Shown here: one piece after another, positions 9,695 through 20,100 of the stretch
How positions within the stretch are numbered: the first letter of the stretch is position 1
Layout of the letters: every line of letters starts with the position of its first letter
Source: Bacteroidales bacterium
GTDB lineage: Bacteria > Bacteroidota > Bacteroidia > Bacteroidales > UBA12481
Direction of reading: 5' to 3'
DNA length: 58,438 bases
Assembly (NCBI GenBank): GCA_023145515.1
Contig: JAGLDP010000001.1
Span: 1 to 58,438, forward strand
Position numbers and translations under genes: made by a program
The notes under the pieces: model-generated
What the model was told of the DNA's origin: nothing
Databases searched by the model: none
What the model saw: the letters and a program-made list of their open reading frames with translations, nothing else

Positions 9695-9720
9695 GTAACC
9701 ATATTTATTATTGTGCGTCC
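9695..9720 (+). promoter_or_regulatory. candidate ECF-type promoter facing the 9760 membrane-protein gene
   Basis: Plus strand reads GTAACC-15 nt-CGTCC, so 16 nt separate the AAC from the CGT. It is the mirror image of the minus-strand element. Confidence 0.4.
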
Positions 9721-9759
9721 AAAGGATGAATTACAAGTATTAATTAAACAATTATTATC

Positions 9760-10125
9760 ATGCAGGTAGCAGCCATTTTTGTCGCATTATTCGCCTCCGC
9801 CTTCGGAATCTTTTATATGTATTATGTAACCCGAAATAAGGAGCGGATGGCAATGATTGAGCAGGGTACACAAGTCAGTCTGTTCAAAGAAACCAAACAG
9901 CCAAGAGAGCGCAAGACTTATAATCATATAAAATTCACTCTTAAATTTGGTATGTTTTTGATTGGCTTAGGACTTGGTTTTGTTTTGGCAGTTCTGATAG
10001 AACAGGCTTTTATGATTAATCAAATCGAACTGTTTGTGGTTGGGTTTGTCTTTATTTTTGGGGGCTTGGGCTTGGTCTCAGGCTATTTTCTGGGATTCCA
10101 CATGGATAAAAAATTACAGCAATAA
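9760..10125 (+). CDS. small integral membrane protein (function unknown)
   Basis: 121 aa. One N-terminal TM helix, a charged linker 'RNKERMAMIEQG', then two or three C-terminal TM helices. Divergent from the ECF sigma gene. Confidence 0.6.
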   Translation: MQVAAIFVALFASAFGIFYMYYVTRNKERMAMIEQGTQVSLFKETKQPRERKTYNHIKFTLKFGMFLIGLGLGFVLAVLIEQAFMINQIELFVVGFVFIFGGLGLVSGYFLGFHMDKKLQQ

Positions 10126-10140
10126 TGAGTTATTACTCTC

Positions 10141-10179
10141 AAAAAGGGCTTTCTGAATGTTCAGAAAGCCTTTTTTTTT
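10141..10179 (+). terminator. Rho-independent terminator (A-tract/T-tract flanked, potentially bidirectional)
   Basis: Perfect 10-bp stem 'ggctttctga' / 'tcagaaagcc' with a 4-nt loop. It is followed by nine T and preceded by five A, and sits 16 nt after the stop at 10125. Confidence 0.75.
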
Positions 10180-10266
10180 GTTTAACATCTTTTAACAAAT
10201 GGTTTTTAAACCCTTTCGTTGTATTTTTATCCAACTTTTAAGTTTATAACGAAGAATCTTATTATT

Positions 10267-11154
10267 GTGAATATAGCAATTGAAGACCTTACTCAGATTT
10301 ACCCCAATGGAAACCGGGCACTAAAAGATATCAATCTTGAGATCAAGGATGGTATGTTTGGATTGCTTGGTCCGAATGGAGCAGGTAAATCAACACTAAT
10401 GAAAATCCTGGTAACTCTGATGAAACCTTCACAGGGGAAGATTACTGTGAATGGTTTGGATTTGCAAAAAAACCGACGAAAGGTGAGATCAGTTCTGGGG
10501 TATTTACCTCAGGATTTTCGCTTTTTTGCCAAGCTTAGTACCTGGGAGTTCCTTGATTATTCAGCTCGTCTATCCGGTCTTCGGGATTCAAAGAAAAGAA
10601 ATTCTGAAGTAGATGCGATGCTTGAACAGGTAGGCCTGTTTGATGTTCGCGATCGTAAGGCCAACAAGCTTTCAGGGGGGATGAAAAGACGATTGGGTAT
10701 TGCTCAGGCCTTGATAGGAGATCCTAAAATAGTGATTGTTGATGAGCCAACAACAGGTCTTGATCCGGATGAAAGAATCAGGTTCAGAAATCTGCTCTCA
10801 AAAATGACAGAAAAGGAAATGATCATTATTCTTTCAACGCATATTGTTAGTGATATCTCAAGTACATGTAACGATATGGCGCTGTTAGATGATGGACAGC
10901 TGGTTTTCAACGGCTCACCTGACCAATTGATAGCCAAGGCCAAAGGTCATGTATTTCAATTGAGCGTGTCAAATGCTGAATTTGATAGAGTGAACGAGAA
11001 ATATAATGTGATCTCAACAATTCCGTCTGTAAATGGCTGGGAAATGCAGATTGTTGCCGATGAGTTTACTGAAATGCCTGCCACCTTAGTAGAGCCAAAT
11101 CTTGAACATGCTTATGTTTATTTTATGGAACACGATTTAAAAAACCAGGATTAA
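10267..11154 (+). CDS. ABC transporter ATP-binding protein (ABC-2 type)
   Basis: Walker A 'GPNGAGKST', Q-loop 'GYLPQDF', signature 'LSGGMKRRLGIAQ', Walker B 'IVIVDEPTTGLD', H-loop 'STHIV'. GTG 10267 chosen (VNIAIEDLTQIY...). The track start at 10219 is a TTG. Confidence 0.9.
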   Translation: MNIAIEDLTQIYPNGNRALKDINLEIKDGMFGLLGPNGAGKSTLMKILVTLMKPSQGKITVNGLDLQKNRRKVRSVLGYLPQDFRFFAKLSTWEFLDYSARLSGLRDSKKRNSEVDAMLEQVGLFDVRDRKANKLSGGMKRRLGIAQALIGDPKIVIVDEPTTGLDPDERIRFRNLLSKMTEKEMIIILSTHIVSDISSTCNDMALLDDGQLVFNGSPDQLIAKAKGHVFQLSVSNAEFDRVNEKYNVISTIPSVNGWEMQIVADEFTEMPATLVEPNLEHAYVYFMEHDLKNQD

Positions 11155-11166
11155 GCACATTTGATT

Positions 11167-14100
11167 ATGGGATTTATTGATAACATACGCACCGTGGCCC
11201 GCTTCGAATTAAGAACTCTCTTAAGAAGCTGGTTTTTTAGAATCTTTTCCGTTTTAACTCTGTTGATTCTATTAGGAATGAATATAGCCACTCTCACAGA
11301 AAGTGGAGATAATAACTGGGCAATTCGCTCAATTATTTCAAATATCCCCTATATGAATATGGCCTTTCTTAATATTGCCCAGGCTCTGCTTGCCATATTC
11401 CTTGCCTCAGACTTCCTTAAAAGAGATAAAAAGCTGGATACTACTGAGGTAATCTACACTCGCTCCATGACTAACTGGGAGTATGTTTGGGGAAAGACCT
11501 TGGGTGTAGTTTTGGTTTTTGGTATTTTGAATTTTCTGGTATTTCTGATGGCTCTAATCATCAATATTGTGATATCAGGTGTTGATGTTGATTATTTGGC
11601 TTACCTGCTTTATCCATTTTTGTTAGGATTTCCTACTCTTATTTTTACTCTGGGACTGGCTTTTCTGCTTATGTCTCTGATTCGAAATCAGGCTGTAACT
11701 CTGGTTGTATTATTAGGATTAGCTGCCTTGAGTTTGTTTTTTATTCAGGATAAAGTCAATCATCTCTTTGATTATATGGCTTTTACCTTTCCGTTTATGT
11801 GGTCTGACCTAATTGGATCAGGGAACCTACAGGAGATACTGCTGCATCGTGGTATCTACCTCTTTCTTGGATTAGCCTTTATTTTTGCTACAATTCTTCT
11901 CCTACAACGTCTGCCTCAATCTCGTCCGCTTTCAATACTCTCTTTTGTATTAATGCTGGGACTACTTGTTTTGGGATTGGGTGGTGGATTTACCTACTGG
12001 ACCAGCTTTAATAACGATAAGGAGTTCAGACAGGAGGTGAAAGAACTGAATGATATGGTTAGTAAGTTACCAGTTGTGCAAATTGAGACTTATGATCTTA
12101 AATTGGAGCATCTGGATGGATCTATATCTGTAGTTGCTAGTCTGGTTTCTGAAAAGGATGCTTCTGAGCTTCCAGAAACCCTGGTGTTTTCACTTAACCC
12201 AGGATTAATTATAGCTCAATGTAGTATAAATGGTGATGCTGTGGATTTTCAGCGTGAGAAGCATATTGTTAGAGTGCAAAAACCATCTGGTGTTACAGGA
12301 AAAGTGAAAATTGATTTTTCTTATCAGGGCGTTATCGATGAAAGAATCTGCTATTTAGATATTTCAGATGAAAATCTGACAACTAAGCATGGTCCGAGTT
12401 TTATTGTTGCTTCACCTAAGCGGCATGGTATTATCCAAAAGGATTATGTTTTACTCACCCCTGAATCTGTTTGGTATCCTGTTTCGGGTGGAACCTTTGG
12501 ATCAAACCTATCGGTGATGCCGGTGAAGCAATTCAGCAGTTACAATCTTGAAGTAACAACACAGGGAGGAATGATACCTATTTCTCAGGGTAAATCATCT
12601 CATGATGGCGATAATTGGAGTTTTGACTCTCAAACTCCTTTCCATGGAATTAGCCTGGTTATCGGTAATTATGAGAGTAAAAGTCTTGAATTAGATAGTC
12701 TTCTGCTTGAGATTCACTATTATAAAGGGCATGATAGTTTTTTTGAAATTCTTGGGCTTTTGGCCGATACATTACCAATGCTTGTGAATGAAACCCTCGA
12801 GGATTACCAAAGAAGTCTTGGCTTGAGCTATCCCTATGATTTTATGAAACTGGTAGAAGCTCCGGTACAGTTTTATTCGTATGACAGGATGTGGGCAAAA
12901 GGATATGATTATGTGCAGCCAGGAATGATTCTTTATCCTGAGAACCTATCATTTCTGAAACGTGGAAACATACGTAAGGAACTGGATCGGGCTATCGACA
13001 GAGCACTAGATAGAGATGACATGTCAACAGACGAGGATCTTCAAGCTCAGATTTTTATGAATTTGATTAAAAATAACTTCATCCAGGGTGTGACGAATTA
13101 CAGGATGATTATGCGTGGAGGGAGTTATAGCTCTTCTGAGTCAGATGCTCCACCATGGAGCATATTTCCAAACTATTTTGTTTATGCCAATAATTTTGTT
13201 TCTGATGAGTTTCAAATGATCAATGCAACTCTCGAATCATATATTGGAAGCAAGATAAATGTAACACGTGGATTCGGAAGAAGTATGGGGGGAATGTCAG
13301 GCGAGGAGAAAGCTAATCTGTCTCTGGTAGAGAATTCATTTGCTGAATTATTAAATATCCCTGATGAGAAGAATATTCTGCAATCAGTGATAGAGTCTAA
13401 AGGAAAACAACTCTTTAATTACCTTGAGGCTTCAATAGGAACAGATGAGTTTATCTCATTTATTACAAGTGAACTCGAAGGTTCAAGGTATACTGATGTT
13501 CTGTTCGATGATTTTGCTCAAAGGATTTTGGATAGTTATTCTATTGATATTAGTTCTTTTATGGAGAACTGGTATCAGGGAACTGATTTGCCGTCATTTT
13601 TGGTAACAGATGTGAGGAATTATGAGATACAGGAGGGAGAGAATACTGTTTTCCAGATCTTCTTTACCATTTCCAATACAGGGAATGTGGATGGCATGGT
13701 TAATGTCAGCTTTCGTACTGGTGGTAGAGGTGGACGTATGGGTGGCATGGGCATGGGGGGAGTGAGAAGCGCCCAAATTACAACATATTCTCTTGCAGGA
13801 CGCGATGATGCTACAAACCATCTTTACCTTGTTCCTGCTCAAACTGCTTATGAGTATGCTCTCATTCTTGATGACCAGCCACGAATGATGTCGGTTAATA
13901 CTTTAATCTCATCTAACCTTCCAGCTAACCTTACTTATCCCTTCCCGGATATCGAGAAAAATCGAATGGAGGGTAGTGAATTAGCTAAGCAAACAGAGCT
14001 TGTGACTACTCTTGCCCAGCCAAATGAGCTGATAGTAGATAATGAGGATAGAGGCTTCTCTGTTCATGAAGAAGGAACCTCAAATAAACTTTCAGGAATT

Positions 14101-14586
14101 CTCGGAATAGATCAAAAAAAATCTGATTTTAAGTATCAGGGTTTGAATGTCTGGCGACCTCCTTTGACATGGTCGTTAACAACCCAAACTGGGTTTTATG
14201 GTGATTATATTCGTTCAGCTCATTATACACGAAGTGGTGAAGGCGAAAGATATGTTGAATGGGAAATGGATATTACTGAAGCAGGGTACTATGACGTATA
14301 TTGTTATCTTAACTCAATGGTTGCACGCATGAGTCGATTCAGAGGACGCGGAGGTGATCGGGGGAGTGGCCGTGGAGGTGAATCTGATATAAAAGATGTG
14401 TATCATTATACCGTTTTTCACGATGATGGTGAAGATGAGGTGTCAAAAGCATTATCTAACATTGAGGATGGCTGGAATATGCTGGGGTCTTTCTACCTTT
14501 CTCCAGGAAAGGCAAAAATAAGACTGACTAATGAGAATACCGGAAGGCTGGTAGTAGCCGATGCTGTGAAATGGGAAAAACAATAA
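11167..14586 (+). CDS. ABC-2-type permease fused to a ~850-aa extracytoplasmic domain with a golvesin-like C-terminal module
   Basis: The first ~280 aa hold about 6 TM helices, with 'DKKLDTTEVIYTRSMTNWEYVWGK' typical of ABC-2 permeases. The rest is hydrophilic. The C-terminal 'GYYDVY...YTVFHDDGEDEV...GWNMLGSFYL..G.AKIRL...TGRLVVADAVKWEK' fits the golvesin C-terminal-like pattern. No HEXXH motif occurs anywhere in the protein. Confidence 0.75.
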   Translation: MGFIDNIRTVARFELRTLLRSWFFRIFSVLTLLILLGMNIATLTESGDNNWAIRSIISNIPYMNMAFLNIAQALLAIFLASDFLKRDKKLDTTEVIYTRSMTNWEYVWGKTLGVVLVFGILNFLVFLMALIINIVISGVDVDYLAYLLYPFLLGFPTLIFTLGLAFLLMSLIRNQAVTLVVLLGLAALSLFFIQDKVNHLFDYMAFTFPFMWSDLIGSGNLQEILLHRGIYLFLGLAFIFATILLLQRLPQSRPLSILSFVLMLGLLVLGLGGGFTYWTSFNNDKEFRQEVKELNDMVSKLPVVQIETYDLKLEHLDGSISVVASLVSEKDASELPETLVFSLNPGLIIAQCSINGDAVDFQREKHIVRVQKPSGVTGKVKIDFSYQGVIDERICYLDISDENLTTKHGPSFIVASPKRHGIIQKDYVLLTPESVWYPVSGGTFGSNLSVMPVKQFSSYNLEVTTQGGMIPISQGKSSHDGDNWSFDSQTPFHGISLVIGNYESKSLELDSLLLEIHYYKGHDSFFEILGLLADTLPMLVNETLEDYQRSLGLSYPYDFMKLVEAPVQFYSYDRMWAKGYDYVQPGMILYPENLSFLKRGNIRKELDRAIDRALDRDDMSTDEDLQAQIFMNLIKNNFIQGVTNYRMIMRGGSYSSSESDAPPWSIFPNYFVYANNFVSDEFQMINATLESYIGSKINVTRGFGRSMGGMSGEEKANLSLVENSFAELLNIPDEKNILQSVIESKGKQLFNYLEASIGTDEFISFITSELEGSRYTDVLFDDFAQRILDSYSIDISSFMENWYQGTDLPSFLVTDVRNYEIQEGENTVFQIFFTISNTGNVDGMVNVSFRTGGRGGRMGGMGMGGVRSAQITTYSLAGRDDATNHLYLVPAQTAYEYALILDDQPRMMSVNTLISSNLPANLTYPFPDIEKNRMEGSELAKQTELVTTLAQPNELIVDNEDRGFSVHEEGTSNKLSGILGIDQKKSDFKYQGLNVWRPPLTWSLTTQTGFYGDYIRSAHYTRSGEGERYVEWEMDITEAGYYDVYCYLNSMVARMSRFRGRGGDRGSGRGGESDIKDVYHYTVFHDDGEDEVSKALSNIEDGWNMLGSFYLSPGKAKIRLTNENTGRLVVADAVKWEKQ

Positions 14587-14606
14587 AAACAACAACAAAT
14601 TTCTAT

Positions 14607-16082
14607 ATGATGAAAAGATTAAGCTTCATTCTGTTAATTTTTATTCCGATGCTGATGATATCAGTTAAAGGAAAAGGGCAGCAAGTTCTGAGATTTCAGG
14701 ATGCTATCTCAGTGGCAGCAAAGCATAGTCCTGATATTAAGCGTGTTCAATTGAATATGGACAGGTCTCAGGAGTTACTTAAAGCTCAGAAAGCATCTCT
14801 TAAATCAAACTTCAGCTTCAATGTTAATCCCTTGAAGTACTCTCATGATCGTGGATTTAATGAGTATTACAATGAGTGGTACACCAAAGACAACTTGAGT
14901 AGCTCTGGTGCTCTGACGGTGTCTCAACCTTTGATTTGGACAGATGGAAATATTTCTATAAGCAATCAACTCAGGTGGCAAAATAGCTATAGTGAGATAA
15001 ATGATGCCAGGAATAAAACTTTCACTAATAATCTTTTTCTCCGTTATGATCAACCGCTTTTTACATATAACAGAACCAGGCAGGTACTGCAGGAACTTGA
15101 GCTGGATCTTGAAAATGCAGAGCTTAGTTTTGCTATGCAAATGCTGAATCTGGAAAGAATGGTTGCGCAAGGCTTCTATAGTGTTCATCAGCAACAGATG
15201 AGTTTGCAGATAACTGAAGAGGAGTATGCTAACCAGGTTGAGAGTTTCAATATTATAAAGAATAAGGTAGAAGGAGGTCTTGCTGCTCTTGAAGAGTTAT
15301 ACCAGGCTGAGTTAAACCTGGCAAAGAGTAATTCATCACTTAAGAATGCAATAGTTTCACTTGAAAATGCTAAAGACCAATTCAAAGTGCAGATTGGCAT
15401 GGATATTTATGAAGAGTTAGCCGTTTTGGCTAATGTTCAGACTGATTCAGTTCCAATTGACCTTAAAAAATCAATTGAAATGGGATTAGCAAACCGTTTG
15501 GAACTACGCCAGAGAGAAATTGATATTCAAAATGCGCAGTTTAGTCTCATCCAGACAAAATCAATTAATGAGTTTCGTGGAAATCTTTCGGTTGAAGTAG
15601 GACTCTTTGGTGATAATAAAAACCTGCCAAATATATATGATTCTCCAACTGATAATGAGCAGCTTGCACTTTCATTACAAATTCCGATTTTTGATTGGGG
15701 AGAAAGAAAAGCCCGGATCGCAGCTGCTGAAATTTCGATAAAATCATCTGAATTATCTTTGGCTGACGAAAGAAATGATATCATTATTGGAATCAGGGAA
15801 GTGTATAGGAATTTGCAAAACCTTCTGATACAGATCGATATATCTCATCAGAGTGAGCGCAATGCTCAACTAACTTATGAAATCAATTATGAGCGTTATA
15901 AAAATGGAGACCTGACAGGAATGGATCTTAGTCTATACCAAAATCAGCTTTCCCAAAGTAAAATTGATCTGTCAAATGCTATGATCAATTATAAACTCGA
16001 GTTATTAAATATGAAGATCCAAACCTTATACGACTGGGAAACCCAGACCTCTGTTGTTCCTGAAGAAATAAAAAATAAATAA
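14607..16082 (+). CDS. TolC-family outer membrane efflux protein
   Basis: Signal peptide 'MMKRLSFILLIFIPMLMISV' followed by two repeated coiled-coil/beta halves typical of OEP/TolC proteins. ATG 14607 chosen. Confidence 0.85.
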   Translation: MMKRLSFILLIFIPMLMISVKGKGQQVLRFQDAISVAAKHSPDIKRVQLNMDRSQELLKAQKASLKSNFSFNVNPLKYSHDRGFNEYYNEWYTKDNLSSSGALTVSQPLIWTDGNISISNQLRWQNSYSEINDARNKTFTNNLFLRYDQPLFTYNRTRQVLQELELDLENAELSFAMQMLNLERMVAQGFYSVHQQQMSLQITEEEYANQVESFNIIKNKVEGGLAALEELYQAELNLAKSNSSLKNAIVSLENAKDQFKVQIGMDIYEELAVLANVQTDSVPIDLKKSIEMGLANRLELRQREIDIQNAQFSLIQTKSINEFRGNLSVEVGLFGDNKNLPNIYDSPTDNEQLALSLQIPIFDWGERKARIAAAEISIKSSELSLADERNDIIIGIREVYRNLQNLLIQIDISHQSERNAQLTYEINYERYKNGDLTGMDLSLYQNQLSQSKIDLSNAMINYKLELLNMKIQTLYDWETQTSVVPEEIKNK

Positions 16083-16085
16083 ACC

Positions 16086-17153
16086 ATGAAACGAAATACA
16101 CTCATCAAGTACACCCTGATTCCTCTGTTTTTTCTTACTGTTCTGGCAGGTTGCAAGAATGAAGAGCCTGATGCAGAGGCAGATGTTGCTGTTCCCGTAT
16201 CAATCATTGATATTAAGTATCAATCTATTGAAGAGTTTATTACTACTAATGGAACCGTTCTTCCAACCAAGGAAGTGAAACTGGTTTCAGAAATGAGTGG
16301 TAAGTATAAATTATTGAATAATCCTCGTTCTGGTCGTGTGTGGGTCTTAGGAGATATTGTGAAAGCAGGCGATGTTGTTGTTTCCATTGAAGATGAGGAA
16401 TACGTCAACAATATCCAGATCAAATCAAAAGAGATGAATCTTGAGATCTCGAAGTCTGAGTTAGCAAAGATTAAGTCACTATATGAAAAAGGAGGTGAAA
16501 CGCTTAGAACTCTGAATACTGCTGAGCAAACCTTTATTAATGCTCAGTATACTTTGGAAAATGCCAAACTTCAAATGGCTAAAATGCAAGTGAAGGCTCC
16601 TTTTAATGGAGTTATTGTTGATCTTACATACTATACTCCAGGTAACAAAATCCAATCGAATGCTGAATTATTTAGCATAATGGATTATAAGAAATTATTT
16701 ATGGAAATTCAGCTGCCTGAGAAAAATCTTGCAAAAATCAATGTGAGCCAGAAGGTTAGAATTCTGAATTATACTATGCCTGATGATACTCTTTGGGGAA
16801 GCATTTCTCAAATGAGTCCGGCAATAAATCCTGATACCAGAAACTTTAAAGGGATAATTACAGTAAATAATGCTGATCTGCGTTTACGTCCTGGTAGTTA
16901 CGTCAGAGCTGAGATTGTTACCAACAGTAAAGACAGCACTATTGTTGTTTCTAAAGATATTATCGTTTCACGTCAAAGAGGAAAATCAGTCTTTATTGTC
17001 GAGCAGAATACTGCTTATGAAAAAACTATCAAAACCGGATTGGAAAACCCGGATCAGGTTGAGGTACTTGAAGGACTAAAATTGAATAATAGATTAGTTA
17101 CTGAAGGATTTGAAACCTTAGGTAACAGGTCTAAAGTGAAGATTATTCGTTAA
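16086..17153 (+). CDS. efflux RND transporter periplasmic adaptor subunit (MFP/HlyD family lipoprotein)
   Basis: Lipobox 'LTVLAGC'. Coiled-coil hairpin. Lipoyl-like 'VKAPFNGVIVDL' and 'LRPGSYVRAEI' strands. Confidence 0.88.
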   Translation: MKRNTLIKYTLIPLFFLTVLAGCKNEEPDAEADVAVPVSIIDIKYQSIEEFITTNGTVLPTKEVKLVSEMSGKYKLLNNPRSGRVWVLGDIVKAGDVVVSIEDEEYVNNIQIKSKEMNLEISKSELAKIKSLYEKGGETLRTLNTAEQTFINAQYTLENAKLQMAKMQVKAPFNGVIVDLTYYTPGNKIQSNAELFSIMDYKKLFMEIQLPEKNLAKINVSQKVRILNYTMPDDTLWGSISQMSPAINPDTRNFKGIITVNNADLRLRPGSYVRAEIVTNSKDSTIVVSKDIIVSRQRGKSVFIVEQNTAYEKTIKTGLENPDQVEVLEGLKLNNRLVTEGFETLGNRSKVKIIR

Positions 17154-17176
17154 TTAAATAAGGAAACTGCTTCATT

Positions 17177-20100
17177 ATGAAGAAGATCACCCAATTTTCT
17201 GTCAATAATCCGGTAACAGTCACCATGCTGATCCTTGGGGTTATCCTCTTAGGATTTATTTCCTTCGGAAAGCTTGGAACAGACCTCATGCCGGCAATGA
17301 ATAATCCACGTATCTACGTGGAGCTGACTGCTGGTGAGCGACCACCAGAAGAGATAGAGAAACAATTTGTAGATCAGATTGAATCCCTTTCCATCCGCCA
17401 GGCTGATGTTATAGGAGTATCATCTATGACCAGGGTTGGTTCAGCTCAAATAGCTGTTGAATATGCCTGGGATAAAGATATGGATGAGGCCTTTTTGGAA
17501 TTGCAGAAGGCTCTTGGATCCTATAATCAGAATGGCGACTTAGATGAGATTTTGATCACTCAGCATGATCCTAATGAAACACCTGTTTTGTTGGTGGGTA
17601 TGCAGCATGAATCAATTACGGATATGAATGAGCTTCGTAAAGTGGCTGAGAATTATATTCGAAATGAGCTGATCCGCCTTGAAGGAGTGGCTGATGTGAA
17701 GCTTGAAGGAATGGAGGAGAATGAGGTGGTTATTAAAACCGACTCATACAGAATGGAGGCTTTTGGTGTTAGCACAAATACTATCAGTGCGCAAATCCAA
17801 AACTACAATCGTAACGTGTCAGGAGGAAGTATCGTTGAGATGGGAACCAAGTATGTTATCAAGGGAGTCAGTATTTTTGAAGAACTTGATGATCTGCGGA
17901 AACTAATTATTGGCTTTCAGCAAGCTGAGTCTTCAGCCCAGGAAGAGAATCCTAACCGTGTACCCATTTTCTTGTCAGATGTTGCTGACATTAATTTTGA
18001 GAATAAGGAGCCAGTTAATATTGTTAGAATTAATGGCGTTAGAAGTATAGGACTAGGAATCTATAAGGAACCAAAATTTAATACTGTTAAGGCAGTTGAA
18101 GAATTGGAGATTGCTCTGATTGAGATCGAGAGAGCACTCCCAGGTTATTCTTTTCAGATTATCCAGGATCAGGGTAAATTTATTTCCAGTGCAATCGGTG
18201 AAGTGGAGAACACTGCCTTGATAGGAATCGTTCTGGCTGTTTTTATTCTGTTTATTTTTCTTAGAAGGATAGGTACTACTCTGATTGCCTCCATTGCTAT
18301 TCCGATATCCATTATTGCTACATTTAATCTGATGTATTTTAATGGACTGACAATCAATGTGATGACTTTGGGTGGCTTGGCTCTTGGTGCAGGAATGTTG
18401 GTTGATAATGCTATTGTGGTAATGGAAAATATCTTCCGGCACCTTGAGCGTGGCTTGTCGGTTAAAGAAGCCGCTATTACCGGAACAGCAGAAGTAGGTG
18501 GGGCAATTACTGCTTCAACCTTGACTACAATTGTGGTTTTTCTCCCTATCGTTTATATGCAGGGTGCATCAGGTGAACTTTTTAAAGATCAGGCCTGGAC
18601 AGTAGCTTTTTCCCTGGTGAGTTCTTTAGTTGTAGCTATTCTGGTTATACCAATGTTGTTTTCCAAATTCATTCGCATAAAATCTACTAAAACAATAAGT
18701 AAAGCCATTGGTTTTTCTTGGTATCCAAAAATATTGACTGGCATTTTAAAGGTGAAAACCATGGTAATGTTTCTGACACTGGCTATTGTAGTTGGTACAG
18801 CTTTCTTGGTTCCGAAGATAGGTAGCGAGTTTATGCCAAGAACAGAGACCAGAGAGTTTACTATGGAATTGAAGTTGCCTGAAGGAACCCAAATTGAGCG
18901 CACAGAACAGGCCGTGAATACTCTGGATGAGATGATTACCGAACTGCTTGGCGATGATATTGCCACCCTGTACGCAAGGATTGGTCCTGCGTCCAGCGGA
19001 TCAAATACAGCTACGGTTTTTGAAAATGAAAATACTGCCTCCATAAAAGTTCTTCTGAGCGATGATGCAACAATGACATCCAGTCAGATTATTAGACAAC
19101 TTGGTGTACTGGTAGCTAATATGTCTAATCTCGAAGTAAAGTTTATCCAGGATGAAACTGCTCTGCAGGCTACTCTTGGTACTGATGAAGCTCCTATTGT
19201 GGTTGAGGTTGTTGGAGAAGAGTTTGATCTTATTGAGCCTCTTACAGAACAGGTGAAGCAAATTATGCTGAATTCTGAGGATCTTTTCAATGTTGAGGGA
19301 AGTTTTGAACAGGGAGCACCTGAAATTGAAGTGGTTATTGATCGTTATAGGGCCGGGATTTATAGTATCTCAATTGATGAGATAATCAATCAGCTTAAGG
19401 CTGTTTTGACTGGTGCTGATGCCGGACAGTTTGAGCATGAAGGGGAATTGAAGGATATAACGATACGACTACCAGATGTTGGTTTTAGCCAACTTGAAGA
19501 TATTGTTCTTACTGCAGGTAATAGTGAATTGCGCCTAAGTGATGTCGCAACTATCAGGATTGTCAATGCCCCAAAAGAAATAATCAGAACAAACCAGAAT
19601 AGAGTAGGTCAGGTTTCAGCTGAAATTCGTAATGATAAACCAATTGATAAAGTAGTGAGTCAGCTCGATGAACAATTTGATGCTATCACTCTTCCTCCGG
19701 GATACTATATCAGACAGGCTGGAGAAGAGCTCAAAAGAAAAGAATCAATGGGCAGTCTGCGTTTTGCCCTGATTTTGTCGCTGATCCTTGTGTATATGGT
19801 TTTAGCCTCTCAATTTGAATCTCTCATTCATCCCTTTACCATCATCCTGACAGTTCCGATGGCGACAGTTGGAACCATTCTGTTGTTTTTTATCATGGGA
19901 CAAACAATGAATATTATGGCTCTGATCGGTTTAATTATGCTGATTGGTATAGCTGTCAATGATTCCATTATTCTTGTTGATAGAATAAACCAGTTGAAAG
20001 CACTTGGGTCATCGAGAAAAGAAGCTATTATTCAGGCTGCTCATCAAAGAATTCGACCTATTTTGATGACTAGTTTGACTACCATTCTGGCCTTATTGCC

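Noticed and set aside
14805-19290. Numerous 60-150 aa ORFs in the track lie antisense to, or out of frame within, the TolC, adaptor and RND genes. Examples are 14805-15194, 15527-15784, 18053-18442, 18589-19044 and 19001-19261. Similar ORFs sit inside most other large genes.
   Set aside because: They lie entirely inside CDSs with strong family motifs. Their composition is low-complexity or odd, and they lack promoter boxes. They are typical shadow ORFs of long genes.
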